DNA of 20,000 nt from Catajapyx aquilonaris (Eukaryota), in contig KZ538374.1 in assembly GCA_000934665.2 (NCBI GenBank), positions 57,209-77,208 of the forward strand, read 5' to 3'. Made by a program: the position numbers and the translations under genes. The notes beneath the pieces are model-generated. The model was not told where the DNA came from and ran no database searches. It saw only the letters and a list, made by a program, of their open reading frames with translations. This document shows, piece by piece, positions 19,303-20,000 of the stretch (its first letter is position 1; each line of letters starts with the position of its first letter).

Positions 19303-20000
19303 GTAAGAAAAAACCATTTTTATTGCAACCAGTTAATGTCTCACACAATAGACTTCCTGACCATGCAGTTTTACCCTGAAATCAACAAAATATATTTAGT
19401 AGCGGGTCTGCGGGTGCAGAGTCGTAGTGGTGTGTCCCCCCCCCCCCCTCCCCTATCATTAACCCTGTACCGCGCATTGTTGCTTGAGGGCAACAATTAA
19501 TTTTGACAGGCGCCATAAGCTTCAAGGTTGGTCCTGGAAACCACAGTGTGGCTTGATAACACAGTTAGTTTGTTAGCTTCCGCTAGATGACGGCAATGTC
19601 GACAAATGATACGATCAGGATACAGTATGAAGCGGAGAGAAGCCAAGGTCATTGAAAATGGCGCGAAATTTGAATTTACTGAAGCAGCAATTGTTTCTGG
19701 AGCTGATTAGATATAGGTGCAGATATTAAATATCCAATTACATGTGTAAAACTGCAAGAGTAGCTCTCTCATCACCATTTGAGGCCATTCTAATAATTTT
19801 GCCAGCACAATTTCATCACAATTTTTTGGCAGCGCAGGCCCAATATGGCTTGAGGTTTGAGTCCTAAGTCATTGTGCGTATTTTTATTCAAAACCGGTAA
19901 CATGTACAGTGCTGGACACAATAGCATATAACAAGTGTAAACAACGACTTTGGCGTTACCTGGCAACTGGTCGTGTTCGGACATCGTCATGTGGAGAGTG

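Noticed and set aside
19398..20000. CpG-richer segments after the last exon, possibly TE fragments
   Set aside because: No paired termini or TSD can be defined within the window, and no further myosin exon was recognised
1..20000. Novel multi-gene or prokaryote-type system
   Set aside because: All credible coding signal belongs to one spliced myosin XV gene; the rest is intron and non-autonomous TEs

Overview
This is eukaryotic, AT-rich genomic DNA, most likely from an arthropod/insect, so most entries in the ORF track are spurious or are exon fragments. The window holds an internal part of a + strand unconventional myosin XV gene (Drosophila Myo10A/sisyphus; vertebrate MYO15A class). I reconstructed 21 GT-AG exons between 906 and 19302 with compatible phases. 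They give 3169 nt (~1056 aa) of open frame, covering the low-complexity tail insert and the FERM-like segment that in this class precedes the SH3 domain. The gene begins before and ends after the window. A possible extra in-frame cassette exon lies at 4964-5086. The introns contain many non-autonomous mobile elements with readable ends: PIF/Harbinger-like, Tc1/mariner-like and hAT/P-like MITEs, a tRNA-derived SINE with a 15-bp TSD, a probable solo LTR with a nested MITE, and a 132-bp palindrome-of-palindromes. I found no evidence of a novel multi-gene system. The most interesting signals are splicing architecture, an internal protein repeat and TE structure. Family assignments come from recalled motifs and TIR/TSD patterns, not from searches.
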